A stretch of 63,471 nt of DNA, filler included, from Octopus bimaculoides (taxonomy: Eukaryota), in NCBI RefSeq assembly GCF_001194135.2. It is 5 parts of 4 records of this genome, joined end to end, with 100 filler letters (N's around TTAATTAATTAA, not from the genome) between each part and the next. Parts side by side here need not be neighbours in the genome. Positions count along the whole stretch, not along the records: positions 5,909 to 34,074 come from NC_068983.1; positions 34,175 to 52,415 come from NC_068985.1; 3 more parts are not named here. One strand, 5' to 3'. The notes below the pieces were generated by a model. The model saw only the letters and a program-made list of their open reading frames with translations. It was not told the DNA's origin and did no database searches. Every line of letters begins with the position of its first letter. Position 1 is the stretch's first letter. Position numbers and translations under genes: made by a program. Shown piece after piece: positions 22,920 through 35,799 of this stretch.

Positions 22920-25900
22920 GACAGCTCTGTGTCTCTGTCTCTCAGTCTCATACTCTCTCTGCCTTTCAGTCTCTCTGTTTCTCTATCTCTCTGTCTCTCT
23001 GTTTCTCTGTCTCTTTGTCTCTCAGTTTCTGTCTCTTTGTCTCTCAGTCTCCCAGTCTTTCTGCCTTTCAGTCTCTCTGTTTCTCAGTCTCTCTGTCTCT
23101 CTGTCTCTGTCTCTCAGTCTTTCTGTCTCTCTGTCTCTCAGTCTTTCTGTCTCTCTGTCTCTCTGTTTCTCTNNNNNNNNNNNNNNNNNNNNNNNNNNNN
23201 NNNNNNNNNNNNNNNNNNNNNNNNNNNNNNNNNNNNNNNNNNNNNNNNNNNNNNNNNNNNNNNNNNNNNNNNNNNNNNNNNNNNNNNNNNNNNNNNNNNN
23301 NNNNNNNNNNNNNNNNNNNNNNNNNNNNNNNNNNNNNNNNNNNNNNNNNNNNNNNNNNNNNNNNNNNNNNNNNNNNNNNNNNNNNNNNNNNNNNNNNNNN
23401 NNNNNNNNNNNNNNNAGTCTCTCTGTTTCTCTATCTCTCTGTCTCTCTGTTTCTCTGTCTCTTTGTCTCTCAGTTTCTGTCTCTTTGTCTCTCAGTCTCC
23501 CAGTCTTTCTGCCTTTCAGTCTCTCTGTTTCTCAGTCTCTCTGTCTCTCTGTCTCTGTCTCTCAGTCTTTCTGTCTCTCTGTCTCTCAGTCTTTCTGTCT
23601 CTCTGTCTCTCTGTTTCTCTGTCTCTCTGTCTCTCAGTCTCTCAGTCTCTCAGTCTCTCAGTCTTTCTGTCTCTCTGTCTCTCTGTCACTCAGTCTCTCT
23701 GTCTTTCTGCCTCTGTCTCTCTGTCTCTGTTTCTCAGTCTTTCTGTCTCTCTGTCTCTCTGTCTCTCAGTCTCTCTGTCTTTCAGTCTCGCTGTCTCTCT
23801 GTCTCTCTGTTTCTCTGTCTCTCTGTTTCTCAGTCTCTCTGTCTCGCAGTCTCTCTGTCTTTCTGTCTCTCAGTCTCTCAGTCTTTCTTCTCTCTGTCTC
23901 TCAGTCTTTCTGTCTCTCTGTCTCTCAAACTCGCTGTCTCTCTGTCTCTCAGTCTCTCTGTCTGTCAGTCTTTCTGTCTCTCTGTCTGTCAGTCTTTCTG
24001 TCTCTCTGTCTCTCAGTCTCTCTGTCTCTCTGTCTCTCTGTTTCTCAGTCTTTCTGTCTCTCTGTCTCTCAGTCTCTCTGTCTCTCAGTCTCTCTGTCTC
24101 TCTGTCTCTCTGTTTCTCAGTCTTTCTGTCTCTCAGTTTCTCTGTCTGTCAGTCTTTCTGTCTCTCTGTCTGTCAGTCTTTCTGTCTCTCTGTTTCTCAG
24201 TCTTTCTGTCTCTCTGTCTCTCAGTCTCTCTGTCTCTCTGTCTCTCTGTCTCTCAGTCTTTCTGTCTCTCAGTCTCTCTGTCTGTCAGTCTTTCTGTCTC
24301 GTAGTCTGTCAGTCTTTGTGTCTCTCTGTCTCTCTGTCTCTCTGTTTCTCTGTCTCTCTGTTTCTCAGTCTTTCTGTCTCTCAGTCTCTCTGTCTCTCAG
24401 TCTCTCAGTTTCTCAGTCTCTCTGTCTCTCTGTCTCTCTGTCTCTCAGTCTTTCTGTCTCTCTGTCTCTCAGTCTTTCTGTCTCTCAGTCTCTCTATCTG
24501 TCAGTCTTTCTGTCTCTCTGTCTGTCAGTCTTTCTGTCTCTCTGTCTCTCTGTCTCTCTGTTTCTCTGTTTCTCAGTCTTTCTGTCTCTCAGTCTCTCTG
24601 TCTCTCAGTCTCTCAGTCTCTCAGTCTCTCTGTCTCTCTGTCTCTCAGTCTTTCTGTCTCTCTGTCTCTCAGTCTTTCTGTCTCTATGTCTCTCAGTCTC
24701 TCTGTCTCTCTGTCTCTCTGTCTCTCTCTCTCTCTCTCTCAGTCTCTCAGTCTCTATGTCTGTCAGTCTTTCTGTCTCTCTGACTCTCAGTCTCTCAGTC
24801 TCTCAGTCTCTCAGTCTCTCTGTCTGTCAGTCTTTCTGTCTCTCTGTCTCTCAGTCTCTCTGTCTCTCTGTCTCTCTGTCTCTCAGTCTTTCTGTCTCTC
24901 TGTTTCTCAGTCTTTCTGTCTCTCAGTCTCTCTGTCTCTCAGTCTCTCAGTCTCTCAGTCTCTCTGTCTCTCTGTCTCTCTCTCTGTCTCTCAGTCTTTC
25001 TGTCTCTCTGTCTCTCAGTCTTTCTGTCTGTCAGTCTCTCTGTCTGTCAGTCTTTCTGTCTCTCTGTCTGTCAGTCTTTCTGTCTCTCTGTCTCTCTGTT
25101 TCTCTATCTCTCTGTTTCTCAGTCTTTCTGTCTGTCAGTCTCTCTGTCTCTCAGTCTCTCAGTCTCTCAGTCTCTCTGTCTCTCTGTCTCTCTGTCTCTC
25201 AGTCTTTCTGTCTCTATGTCTCTCAGTCTCTCTGTCTCTCTGTCTCTCTCTCTCTCTCTCTCAGTCTCTCAGTCTCTCTGTCTGTCAGTCTTTCTGTCTC
25301 TCTGTCTCTCAGTCTCTCTGTCTCTCTGTCTCTCTGTCTCTCAGTCTCTCAGTCTCTCTGTCTGTCAGTCTTTCTGTCTCTCTCTCTGTCAGTCTTTCTG
25401 TCTCTCTGTCTCTCAGTCTCTCTGTCTTTCTGTTTCTCAGTCTTTCTGTCTCTCTGTCTCTCTGTCTCTCTGTCTCTCAGTCTCTCAGTCTCTCAGTCTC
25501 TCTGTCTGTCAGTCTCTCTGTCTCTCTGTCTGTCAGTCTCTCTGTCTCTCTGTCTCTCAGTCTTTCTGTCTCTCAGTCTGTCAGTCTTTCTGTCTCTCTG
25601 TCTCTCAGTCTTTCTGTCTCTCTGTCTCTCTGTTTCTCAGTCTTTCTTTCTCTCTGTCTCTCAATCTCTCTTTCTCTCTGTTTCTCAGTCTTTCTGTCTT
25701 TCTGTCTCTCTGTCTCTCTGTCTCTCTGTCTTTCAGTCTCTCTGTCTCTCTGTCTCTCTGTCTGTCAGTCTTTCTGTCTCTCAGTCTCTCTGTCTCTGTT
25801 TCTCAGTCTTTCTGTCTGTCAGTCGTTCTGTCTCTCTGTTTCTCTGTCTCTCTGTCTCTCTGTCTCTCTATCTCTCAGTCTCTCAGTCTCTCTGTCTGTC

Positions 25901-26250
25901 AGTCTTTCTGTCTCTCTGTCTCTCTGTTTCTCTATCTCTCTGTCTCTCAGTTTCTGTCTCTCTGTCTCTCAGTCTTTCTGTCTCTCTGTCTCTCTGTCAC
26001 TCAGTCTCTCTGTCTTTCTGCCTCTGTCTCTCTGTCTCTGTTTCTCAGTCTCTCTGTCTCTCTGACTCTCAGTCTCTCTGTCTCTCTGTCTGTCAGTCTT
26101 TCTGTCTCTCAGTCTCTCAGTCTCTCTGTCTCTCAGTCTCTCTGTCTTTCTGTATGTCAGTCTTTCTGTCTCTCTGTCTCTCAGTCTCTCTGTTTCTCAG
26201 TCTCTCTGTTTCTCTGTTTCTCAGTCTCTCTGTCTCTCTGTCTCTCTATG
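22920..26250. repeat. ~3.3-kb CT-rich complex minisatellite built from 8-mer variants
   Basis: Units CTCTGTCT, CTCAGTCT, TTCTGTCT and CTCTGTTT. There is higher-order reuse, e.g. 23680-23735 recurs at ~25990-26045. One N gap. Confidence 0.95.
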
Positions 26251-27954
26251 TTACGTAAAGTATCGCTAATAACTATCTACACAAGGTGTACAGTAAAGAG
26301 TGAGTCACAAGATTCTTAGCTAATGTGCAGGTGTCACATGTTCGAAATAAGTGTAATGTGACTTGTCTACGCAGACAAAAGCAAATTGCTATGTTGGCAC
26401 ACAGCATTTTGTTGTTAGATGAAATAGATAGATCACCAGATTTGACAACGAGATAATAATAGGTTCTATTTATGACACACTGACATCAATACGATCTATT
26501 GGAAAGTTGCATAATAGTAAAAGTTAATTTCATAGAATTTCAAGGTGTTTTTTTATTTCTTATAAACCGAAGCAATTAATATTGAAAGCTTTAGCTGTAA
26601 GTTCATGTGAAATTATTGCTGGTTATTGCGATAATTCTAAAATAACTGGAGATAATTACTTTAATGTTAAATTTCAATTGCTATGAAATGACTTGTAAAT
26701 TATGCAAATAAGCATAGAAATTATTAACATTTTTGCTGGGGAATATTAATGTCAAAAACAAATAAACACACAAAAAAATGGGATCAGAGTTAGTGATTGG
26801 ATAATGAACATGAAAGGAAATGGTAATATTTAAATTAGGAATGTAATTAGTTAGTTTCAGGTGAAAAAAAAAATGTTTCATGCAATTGGTTGTTTGTAAT
26901 TCATATTCAGTTTTAGTTTTCATCAACACTACTTTCTCCATCAGCTGCTTCATCGTCGTCGTCATCGTCATCGTTGTCATCGTTGTCATCGTCGTCATTA
27001 TCAGCATTGTTGTTATCATCATCATTGGTATTGTCAGTGGTGGCAGTGGTATCATCATCATCATCATAACGTCATCGTCGTCATCATCGTCATCATTGTC
27101 ATCATCACCATCATCATTGATATCATCAACAACAGGTAAGTACTAACTTCACTTTCAAACTCTTTTCCCTCGTAGTGAAATGGTTTTAATAAGATTACAG
27201 AAATGTTTCTCTCCCGTGATCATCATCATCATCATTATCATCGTCATCATCATCCTTTAATGTCCGTATTCCATGCTGGTATGGGTTGGATAGAATTCAC
27301 TAATCTATACCTCCTTAATCTACTCCCTTGATACCTCATTAGTCTACACCCTTGATCCTTAATTATATCAGGTGCAGGCATGGCTGTGTAGTAAGAAGTT
27401 TGCTTCCCAACCACATGGTTCTAGGTTCAGTCCCACTGCATGGCACCTTGAGCAAGTGTCTTGCTTTATAGCCCCGAGCTGACCAAAGCCATGTGAGTGG
27501 ATTTGATAGACAGAAAACTGAAAGAATTTAACATCCATTGTCCGTGCTGGCATGGGTTGGATGGTTTGACCAGAGCTGGCAAGGTGGGGGACTGCATCAG
27601 ACTCTACTCTGATTTGGCATGGCTTCTAAAGCTGGATGCCCTTCCTAGTGCCAACCCCTTTACAGAGTGTGCTGGGTGCTTTTTAAGTGGCACCACACAG
27701 GTTTTTACAGGGTGCGACATGGGCATTTTTACATGGCTTCGGACAAACACTTTTGCATGGCACCACATGGATGTTTTTATGTGGCACCACTATGAGTGCT
27801 TTACACCACCAGAGGAACTGGTCTTCGCACTTCTGCTGCAGAGTATGGGTCTTATTGAATACAGTAGCAAGGTGCTGGGTATCTCAGTCCTTTGTCATCT
27901 CACTCAAAAGGTTCAACATCCTGAGATCATTCATGTGTGTGTGTGTGTGTGTAT

Positions 27955-28300
27955 GATCACATGGAGCCTCCAAATTCCATTCCCCAGGTTACTCTCCTCT
28001 GCTGCTCCATTGACCCAAATATACGGGAGACAATTAACAGGGACTGCTCAAAGAGGCAGCATGTCGTTGTCAAGGGAACAGACCAGATGGAAAATAACGG
28101 ACGTCAAAAAGAAGAGTTCAAATGTCAAAGATGTAAAGAGCAACTCACACTTCCTTGTCCCCCACCAACTCTCTCCTGTGACAAATGCTCCCGGCTCTTC
28201 TATACAACCCTTGGCCTGAACAACCACCTCAGGCACCTGCACCTTTCACACCTATCAAGATGAAGAGGCTCAATCACTCACTACAGATTAACTATTTGGA
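27955..28300 (+). mobile_element. RTE LINE ORF2 C-terminus with C2H2 finger
   Basis: ...VVKGTDQMENNGRQKEEFK...TLSCDKCSRLFYTTLGLNNHLRH matches the CxxCxRxF...GLxxHxR end of RTE ORF2. Confidence 0.7.
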
Positions 28301-28459
28301 TACAAGTTAATGCCAATGACAATGGTATATGTATATATATATATGTGTATATATTTATATATATATATATATATANNNNNNNNNNTCTGATAGTGACTCC
28401 GCAATTAGGGCAAGGTCATCAGCATATATATATATGTATGTATGTATGTATGTATTGGG

Positions 28460-28840
28460 GCAAGCAAAAGCGAAATCGTGATGGCACCTGTGCCCAGCAT
28501 TGCCTACCTGGCACTTGTGCCGGTGGCACGTGTAACGACATTTGAGCAAGATCGTTGCCAGTGCTGCTGGACTGGCTCCTGTGCAGGTGGCATGTAAAAT
28601 ACACCATTTTGAGCATGGCCGTTGCCAGTACCACGTGACTGGCCCTCGTGCCGGTGGCATGTAAAAGCACCCACTACACTCTTGGAGTGGTTGGCGTTAG
28701 GAAGGGCATCCAGCTGTAGAAACTCTGCCAAATCAGACTGGAGCCTGGTGCAGCCATCTGGTTTTCCAGTCTTCAGTCAAATCGTCCAACCCATGCTAGC
28801 ATGGAAGGTGGATGTTAAACGATGATGATGATGATGATGA
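28460..28840 (+). mobile_element. RTE-type 3' UTR repeat ending in (GAT)n
   Basis: Same sequence family at 18900-19015, 27540-27700, 33898-34050, 59595-59780 and 60185-60385. Confidence 0.85.
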
Positions 28841-29108
28841 TATGTATGTATATATATATACCTACACATCCACATATACATAGAGGCATACATGCATCTC
28901 ATTAATTGTCTCTAAAGGCAGAAATAAAAGAAACCAAAATAAAGAATAAAAAGTAAGAAAAGACATGGATGAAATATTTATTTGCACACCACTTGCATAC
29001 ATTGACACCATTTATAAAATATGGAGATAAGAGAATATGATACAGTTAAGCAGAATGAAACAAAAAACAATAGACAGAAATATAATTTAAGAAATACATT
29101 TATTTATA

Positions 29109-29996
29109 CAAGGTGGTATCCAAGAGTTCCTAGACTGGTTATGTTAAATAAAAAAAACTTATTTACCTAAGTTTTAACATCATTTCATTCATAATAATCA
29201 CCTTGTACAGCAAGCCCCAACATTCCTGTCACTTTTAGAATCCGACTAAAAAGTCATTTTCCATAAGCGATTCAAGGACCTTCAGCGATTTGCTCTTGAT
29301 CTCAACAACAGTGTTAAAATGGTAACCTTTGAGTTGCATTTTTATCTTGGAGAAGAGATTGAAGTCTGCAGGTGCTAAATCTGGTGAATAAGTGGGTGCA
29401 GAAGCGATACCATGTTGTTTTTGGTGAGGAACTCATGAGTGAGGAGAGCTCAGTGAGAAAATCCAATTCCTTGCATTCCACAGATCTGGTCCCTTTCACT
29501 GAATGTCCTCCCTCAAATGCTTCAAAACATCGTTGATTGTCCTCAGACGATCCTCATACACAGGCTAATGAATTTTCTCCTCATTGCCAGGAGTGACACT
29601 TGGGGCAGGTCTTTCAGTTCATTCATTGTCTTCTGGGGATGTTCTTCCACTTTTGAAGTGCCAGGACCACTCAAGACATTGAGTACAACCCATTGTCTTA
29701 TAGCCATAAGATTGCCAAAGTATGCTCAATGTCTTTGAAGCAGACGTCTCAAGTTTTATGCGAAATTTCACGTTGGCACTTTATTCCAACTTCCTGTCAT
29801 CACAAAAATCACAGACTACAGCATACAAGTGATCCCAAAAACACAAATTTTACAACTTGTAAAGTAAACACAGTGATGTTAGTCAGTACACTGCTTCATG
29901 AATGTCACTGCTAGCTCTCACTGCACATGCAACCATATGCTGCCATCTGTTGGTGCATTACAGAAATAGTCTGGGATCTTTTTGATACCACCTTCA
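29109..29996 (-). mobile_element. Internally deleted mariner element with TIRs and TA duplications
   Basis: TIRs CAAGGTGGTATCCAAGAGTTCCTAGACT / AGTCTGGGATCTTTTTGATACCACCTTCA, TA on both sides, and minus-strand DLAPADFNLF...LKGYHF remnant. Confidence 0.85.
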
Positions 29997-30024
29997 TATA
30001 TAAACACATATACATTTATAGCAA

Positions 30025-30360
30025 ATGTTCCCAGCCAAAGTGTAACCCATTGTCTCTAGACTATCATCTCTTTGGCCCATGAAAGAGGGTTTGAGAGGCA
30101 AACATTATTCCAGTGACGATGAAGTGAAAACTGTAGTGAAGAAGTGGCTCAAAGAACAGTCAACAGAATTTTACAGGGCAGGGATACATGCTCTCATTCG
30201 AAGGTGGAACATTACTTTTGAGAGAAACGGTGACTATGTTGAGAAGTAGGGATGTGATCCACAGAGGATCAGCTTCATTTTGATGTATAATACATGTTCC
30301 TGCGTTGGTAATTATGCCTGTCCTAAACAAAATGGCATTACTTTTTTACTCACTCTCGTA
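30025..30360 (+). mobile_element. mariner 3' fragment with right TIR
   Basis: DYHLFGPMKEGLRGKHYSSDDEVKTVVKKWL...NGDYVEK*, followed by a TIR ending ...cactctcgta. Confidence 0.85.
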
Positions 30361-31481
30361 CTTTCTCAAGATCTTGCAATCTCTGTTCTGAGATGTACAA
30401 ACAGTCCCCTAACATAGTTCTCAGGGAGATTCAGTGACACAGAATGCAATAAGGCTGGCCCTTTGAAATACAGCTACTACTCATTTCTGCCAGCAGGGTG
30501 GACTGGAGCAACGTGAAATAAGGTGTCTTCTTGCTCAAAGGACACAATGCATCACTGCCAGGAACCGAACTGAATATCTGAACCACTGAGCCACATGCGT
30601 TTTTACACCATGGTTGAATGACTACAGTGACTGTCACACAAACACATCACAAGTTCATTTCCTGTTGTCAACACTCTGTTGTTAACAATGGCTGAGTTCA
30701 TTCAGGTTTAGTTTTAGGTTTAGAAAAGTCATCTGATCTCTTGCCGTGAATATTCAGTCATTTGATCAATGGAACTGCCTCCTTATTGTATTGGTGTAGA
30801 AGCGAGGGGAAACATTTCACAAACACCTGTGGCCTTAACATAAGTAATTTTTAAGTGGAGTCAGGGTGACAGTTTAAAATACTCCTACAATTCTCACACA
30901 CTCGCACTCTTGAAATTAATGTGCAAGTGGCTGAGTACTCCACAGACACACATATCCTTAACATAGTTCTCGAGGAGATTCAGCATGACACAGAATGTGT
31001 CAAGACTGGCCTCTTGTCAATTGCAAGTACAACTCATTCATGCCAACTGAGTGGACTAAGTGAAATAAAGTATCTTGCTCAAGGACACAATGTGCCACTG
31101 GGAATCGAACTCACAACCTCACAATCATGAGCCAAATACTCTAACCACTAAGCCACGTGTGTTCACAACTCCCACATGCAGTTCTATCAACTCTAACAGA
31201 CCTCTGCACGCTGTCCAATCAGTTTCACTCTCATGGCCTGTGTTGATCCAAGGCTATTTTGAAAGCCATTTACTCAAGCTGTCAGGATTATTATTATTGG
31301 GGATAGCATGGATTTTGAGATTAGTATTTGGGTGTTGAGTGTCATGGAAAGAGGCCCTGTGAGACCTTGGACAACAGGTTGTTGTCCACTCTTACAGAAT
31401 TAACAGGAGTAAGAGAAATCGAGAACTCTGAGCAGCGAAATGGAAGTAATAATAATGACAACAACAACAACAACAACAACA

Positions 31482-31997
31482 GAAAAAAGATGGCATAGGC
31501 ACACACCAGAAAAGGTCACAGAAAATGAGAAGGCAACAATACTCTGGGATATGCCAATACACACAGATAGAGAAATTAAGGCAAATAGACCAGATATAGT
31601 TGTCAAAGATCATGAAGAAAAAAAATGCTTTCTAATTGATGTATCAATACCAGCAGATGACAACGTTTCCCTAAAAGAAATGGAAAACTTTCAAAATACA
31701 AAGACCTGGAAATAGAGGTAACTCGAATATGGAGTCTAAAAACAGAAACAATTCCTATCATAGTAGGTGCATTAGGTATAATAAAAAAATATTCAGACAA
31801 ATACATAACAAAAACACCAGGACTTACAAATATATATAACATACAGAAAATTGCACTACTGTGTACTGCACACATCCTACGCAAAACACTTTCAATACAG
31901 TAACCATAAGAGCACCACAGCAAACCACAGCACATACCCAAGGCGCACAGAGCTGCGCTCGGTAGTGAAGTGAAAGCACGCTATAAAAATAAAACTA

Positions 31998-32000
<3 letters not shown>
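31482..32000 (+). mobile_element. R4/Dong-type non-LTR element 3' end (restriction-like endonuclease)
   Basis: ILWDMPIHTDREIKANRPDIVVKD...LIDVSIP...K(YK)DLEIE (PD-D/ExK), one frameshift, 3' UTR, then (AAT)n. Confidence 0.88.
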
Positions 32001-32032
<32 letters not shown>

Positions 32033-32114
32033 CAATAACAATAACAATAACAACAACAACAACAACAACAACAATAATAATAACAACAGCAATGATAATA
32101 ACAACAACAATAAT

Positions 32115-33475
32115 GATGGGTACAAGTACCTTGGGATCCTGGAGCTGGACAATATCTTGCACAGAGAAATAAAAGACGAGGTCATCACTGCATATTTGAA
32201 GTGCCTCAAACTTCTCTTGAAATCAAAGCTCAACTCAAGGAACCTTGTGACTACCATCAACATATGGGCTGTTGCTGTAGTCCGCTATAGTGCACTCGTC
32301 CTGAAATGGACACAAACGGAGATTGACCAACTCATTTGCACTACCCGAAAGACAATGACAATCCATGGTGCTATCCACTCTAAGGTGAACATACACAGGG
32401 CTCTAGATGAAGAGGTGTAAAGGTGAACATGGGCTGATTAGCATACAGGAGTGCATCAACAATGAAAGAAGAAACATGGCAAAATATTTGGTAAACAGCA
32501 AACAAGACCTGCTACAGTATGCTGTTAATGCAGAAGGATTTACCAAAAATGGACTTGATAGTGCTAATGAATTCCGATCATGAGAGAGAAGAAACTCTAC
32601 TCCGCATGGAATTACATGGTCAGTTCCACCATGAAACTAACAATTTAGAAGACCAGGAAGCATCATGGAGGTGAATCACCAAGGGTGACCTAAATAAGAA
32701 GACTGAAAGCTAATCATCGCTGCCCAGGATCAGGCATTGAATACCAACTCAGTGAAAAGGGATATATACCACACAAGTACAACGAACCTCAGCAGAATGT
32801 GTGAGAAGAGGGTTGAAAGCCTGAGTCACATTGTTAGTATTTGTGAAAGTCTTGTGCAGAAAGAGTACAAGTGTAGACACGACAAAGTAACTCAAATCGT
32901 TCATTGACGACTATGCTAGAAGTATGGAGACGAGGTAACGGGTGCTTGGTACCAACATACACTGGAAAAGGCAATGGACGAAAAGGGGAAGGCAAAAATC
33001 CTCTGGGACTTTGCTTCCAGACAGATAAGGTGTTAGAGCACTGAAGGCTGGATACAGTAACCTTCAGGAAAGACAATCAAGAGTGCCTAATAATCGATGT
33101 GGCAGTGACAGGAGATAAATATATTATCATGAAAGAAAGAGAAAAGATTGATAAATATAGAGGAGACCTGAGAATTGAGATCGCTAAGATGTGGCAGTTA
33201 CGAGAGTCAAACATAAAAGGTGTCCCTATTGTCATTGAAGCATTGGGTTTAATACCAGCCAACCTGAAGAAACATCTGGAAACTTTAGAAATACCCTACA
33301 ATTTAGGTGTATTGCAAAAATTGGCGTAACTTGGAACTGAATGCATATCGTGTAAAGTATTGTCTGCCTGAGATCCTTGTTGTGACTTGACAGACAATAC
33401 AAACCCCCAGTAGACACAATATCTTCAATCAATAACATTACAATATTGGATGCTGCGCAACATCTTAAATAATAC
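32115..33475 (+). mobile_element. Second R4/Dong-type element, different subfamily, decayed RT C-terminus + CCHC + RLE
   Basis: YKYLGILE...LLKSKLNSRNLVTTINIWAVAVVRYS; CRMC...ESLSHIVSIC...RHDKV; LIIDVAVTGD...EKIDKY...PIVIEALG. Confidence 0.85.
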
Positions 33476-35113
33476 CAACAATAATAATGATAATGGTAAC
33501 GATGATGATAATAAAACAAGCTGCAGAAGATTGATGCAACCAATGACGAGAAACTTCAACAACAGCAACAGTTTCACTTTACCTCACACCCAGACATACT
33601 TAACTACAAGAGCAGAACTAAGTAATAGTAGTAGTAGCAGTGGTGGTGGTGGTGGTGGTAGCAGCAGCAGCATTTTCCCAGATATGAACTAACTAGATTA
33701 ATTACAGTTAGAAAGTATTAAGTTGCAAATTATCAAAAGTATGGTAAATTCTGTGGTGCTGATTCTTATCATTGACTAACACCTTAGTGTGTATGCATGT
33801 ATCTATATATTTATCAATATGCATACATACATACATCATCATCATCATCATTATCATTGTTTAACGTCCGCTCTCCATGCTAATATATATATATATAGTG
33901 GTTGGCGTTAGGAAGGGCATCCAGCTGTAGAAACTCTGCCAAATCAGACTGGAGCCTGGTGTTGCCATCCGGTTTCACCAGTCCTCAGTCAAATCGTCCA
34001 ACCCATGCTAGCATGGAAAGCGGACGTTAAACGATGATGATGATGATGATGATATATATATATATATATATATANNNNNNNNNNNNNNNNNNNNNNNNNN
34101 NNNNNNNNNNNNNNNNNNTTAATTAATTAANNNNNNNNNNNNNNNNNNNNNNNNNNNNNNNNNNNNNNNNNNNNAATTTTTGCGGCTGAAGATAGCTTTA
34201 CATTGTAGATTATACACATATTATATTATGTTATATTATATTATACACATGTAGAGCTTGAAACACGTGTACCGCGGAATCCTTTGTAGTTTTGTTGTTA
34301 TTTTTTTCTTTTGGATTTACAATTTATATATATATATATATATATATACAAATATACGACAAGCTTCTTTCAGTTTCCGTCTACCAAATCCACTCACAAA
34401 GCTTTGGTCAGCCCGAGGCTATAGTAGAAGACACTTGCCCAAGGTGCCACACTGTGGGAATGAACCCGGAACCACGTGGCTGGTAAGCAAGCTACTTACC
34501 ACACAACCACTCCTGCGCCTATGATAAAGTTTTAACTGATACAGTTTTTGTAACGTAGTGAACATTTGTAAAAAATGTAGTTCTCTTCGAAAAGTCAAAA
34601 ATGCAGTAAAACTTCCTCATTGTGGCCCCTGCTCCTATAAAAACTATACAACCCTGTAGGTTGTATCATTATGCAGATTATATGTCTATATGTTGTGTGG
34701 GTTGAGTTATTTCGTTGACTGGTGAGTTTGTAGATTGTGTGTTGTGTGTTACGTCTTATTGTTGGTTTGATAGTTGGGTAGATTATGTGGTACATACAGA
34801 AAGAGAATTTCGTGAATTTTGCATTTAAATTGAATGAACGTGTCGTGTGTAAGAAGAACTGGACTGTACCTAGAAGGGCTAGTTTATAGACTGTATGTAA
34901 CTTTGTGAGTCATACGACATTGTCTTCTTTTCTATTTATGCTTTGTTCGTATTATTCTTTACTTTTATTATCTAATCATACAAGACAGTTTCGGTCTAAT
35001 AGAACAACTTATTTGGTACTCTTTCTGTACGACTCACACATAACTTGCACGTCAAAACCTCAGATTTACCGCCCATGGGAATAGCGTAAGACACGGACAT
35101 TGAAAGGAACCGT

Positions 35114-35145
<32 letters not shown>

Positions 35146-35155
35146 CATACATACG

Positions 35156-35191
<36 letters not shown>

Positions 35192-35799
35192 TATATGTAT
35201 GTATCCATACTCACACACATACACACATATGTGTGTGTGTCTTTGTCCTTGTGTATCTGTATATTTACGTCTGTGTTTTTCCCCCACGACCACTTGACAA
35301 CCGTAACTTAGCAGCTCGGCAAAAGAGAACGATAGAATAAGTACTACGGTCGATTCATTCGACTAAAAGTTTCTTCAAAGCGGTGGACCCAGTACGGCCG
35401 CAGTCAAATGATGAAAAATCAAAAAAAAAAAAGATATAAAAAACAATGATAATAATTAAATTTCATGTTTACTTTATTAAAAAAAAAAATTCCTCTTACA
35501 GCAAACACGAATACATCGTGGCTTATAACATGTGCTGTTTCTGCTAATCCTACGATTTGGGGACTGAATGAGGTTGAGAAAATAAACTCCCTCATCATAT
35601 CTATTACAGTACACTCCTGACTACTGATTTTCTTCCCTTAATAGGGCGAACTCCCTAAGGACTAACACGCTTCCCCTCGTCATTTTGTAGTGAACGTCGG
35701 ACCGTATTGGTAACTAAATTGGATTGACGGTTTTATGTCCCACATCCATACTAATTAGATATTTCCATAGTCATAACTAAAAATCTTTTCTTCCCATTC

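Noticed and set aside
22905-26258. 1117-aa and overlapping S/L/C/V-rich ORFs
   Set aside because: Translation of a CT-rich minisatellite that cannot form stop codons; it also spans an N gap.
28120-28260. Cys pairs suggesting a TnpB/Fanzor zinc finger
   Set aside because: The context is an RTE ORF2 C2H2 terminus. No RuvC motifs were seen here or in any other ORF.
34975-35035. Possible minus-strand hammerhead (…AGACCGAAACTGTC…)
   Set aside because: No CUGANGA core and no stem II complement.
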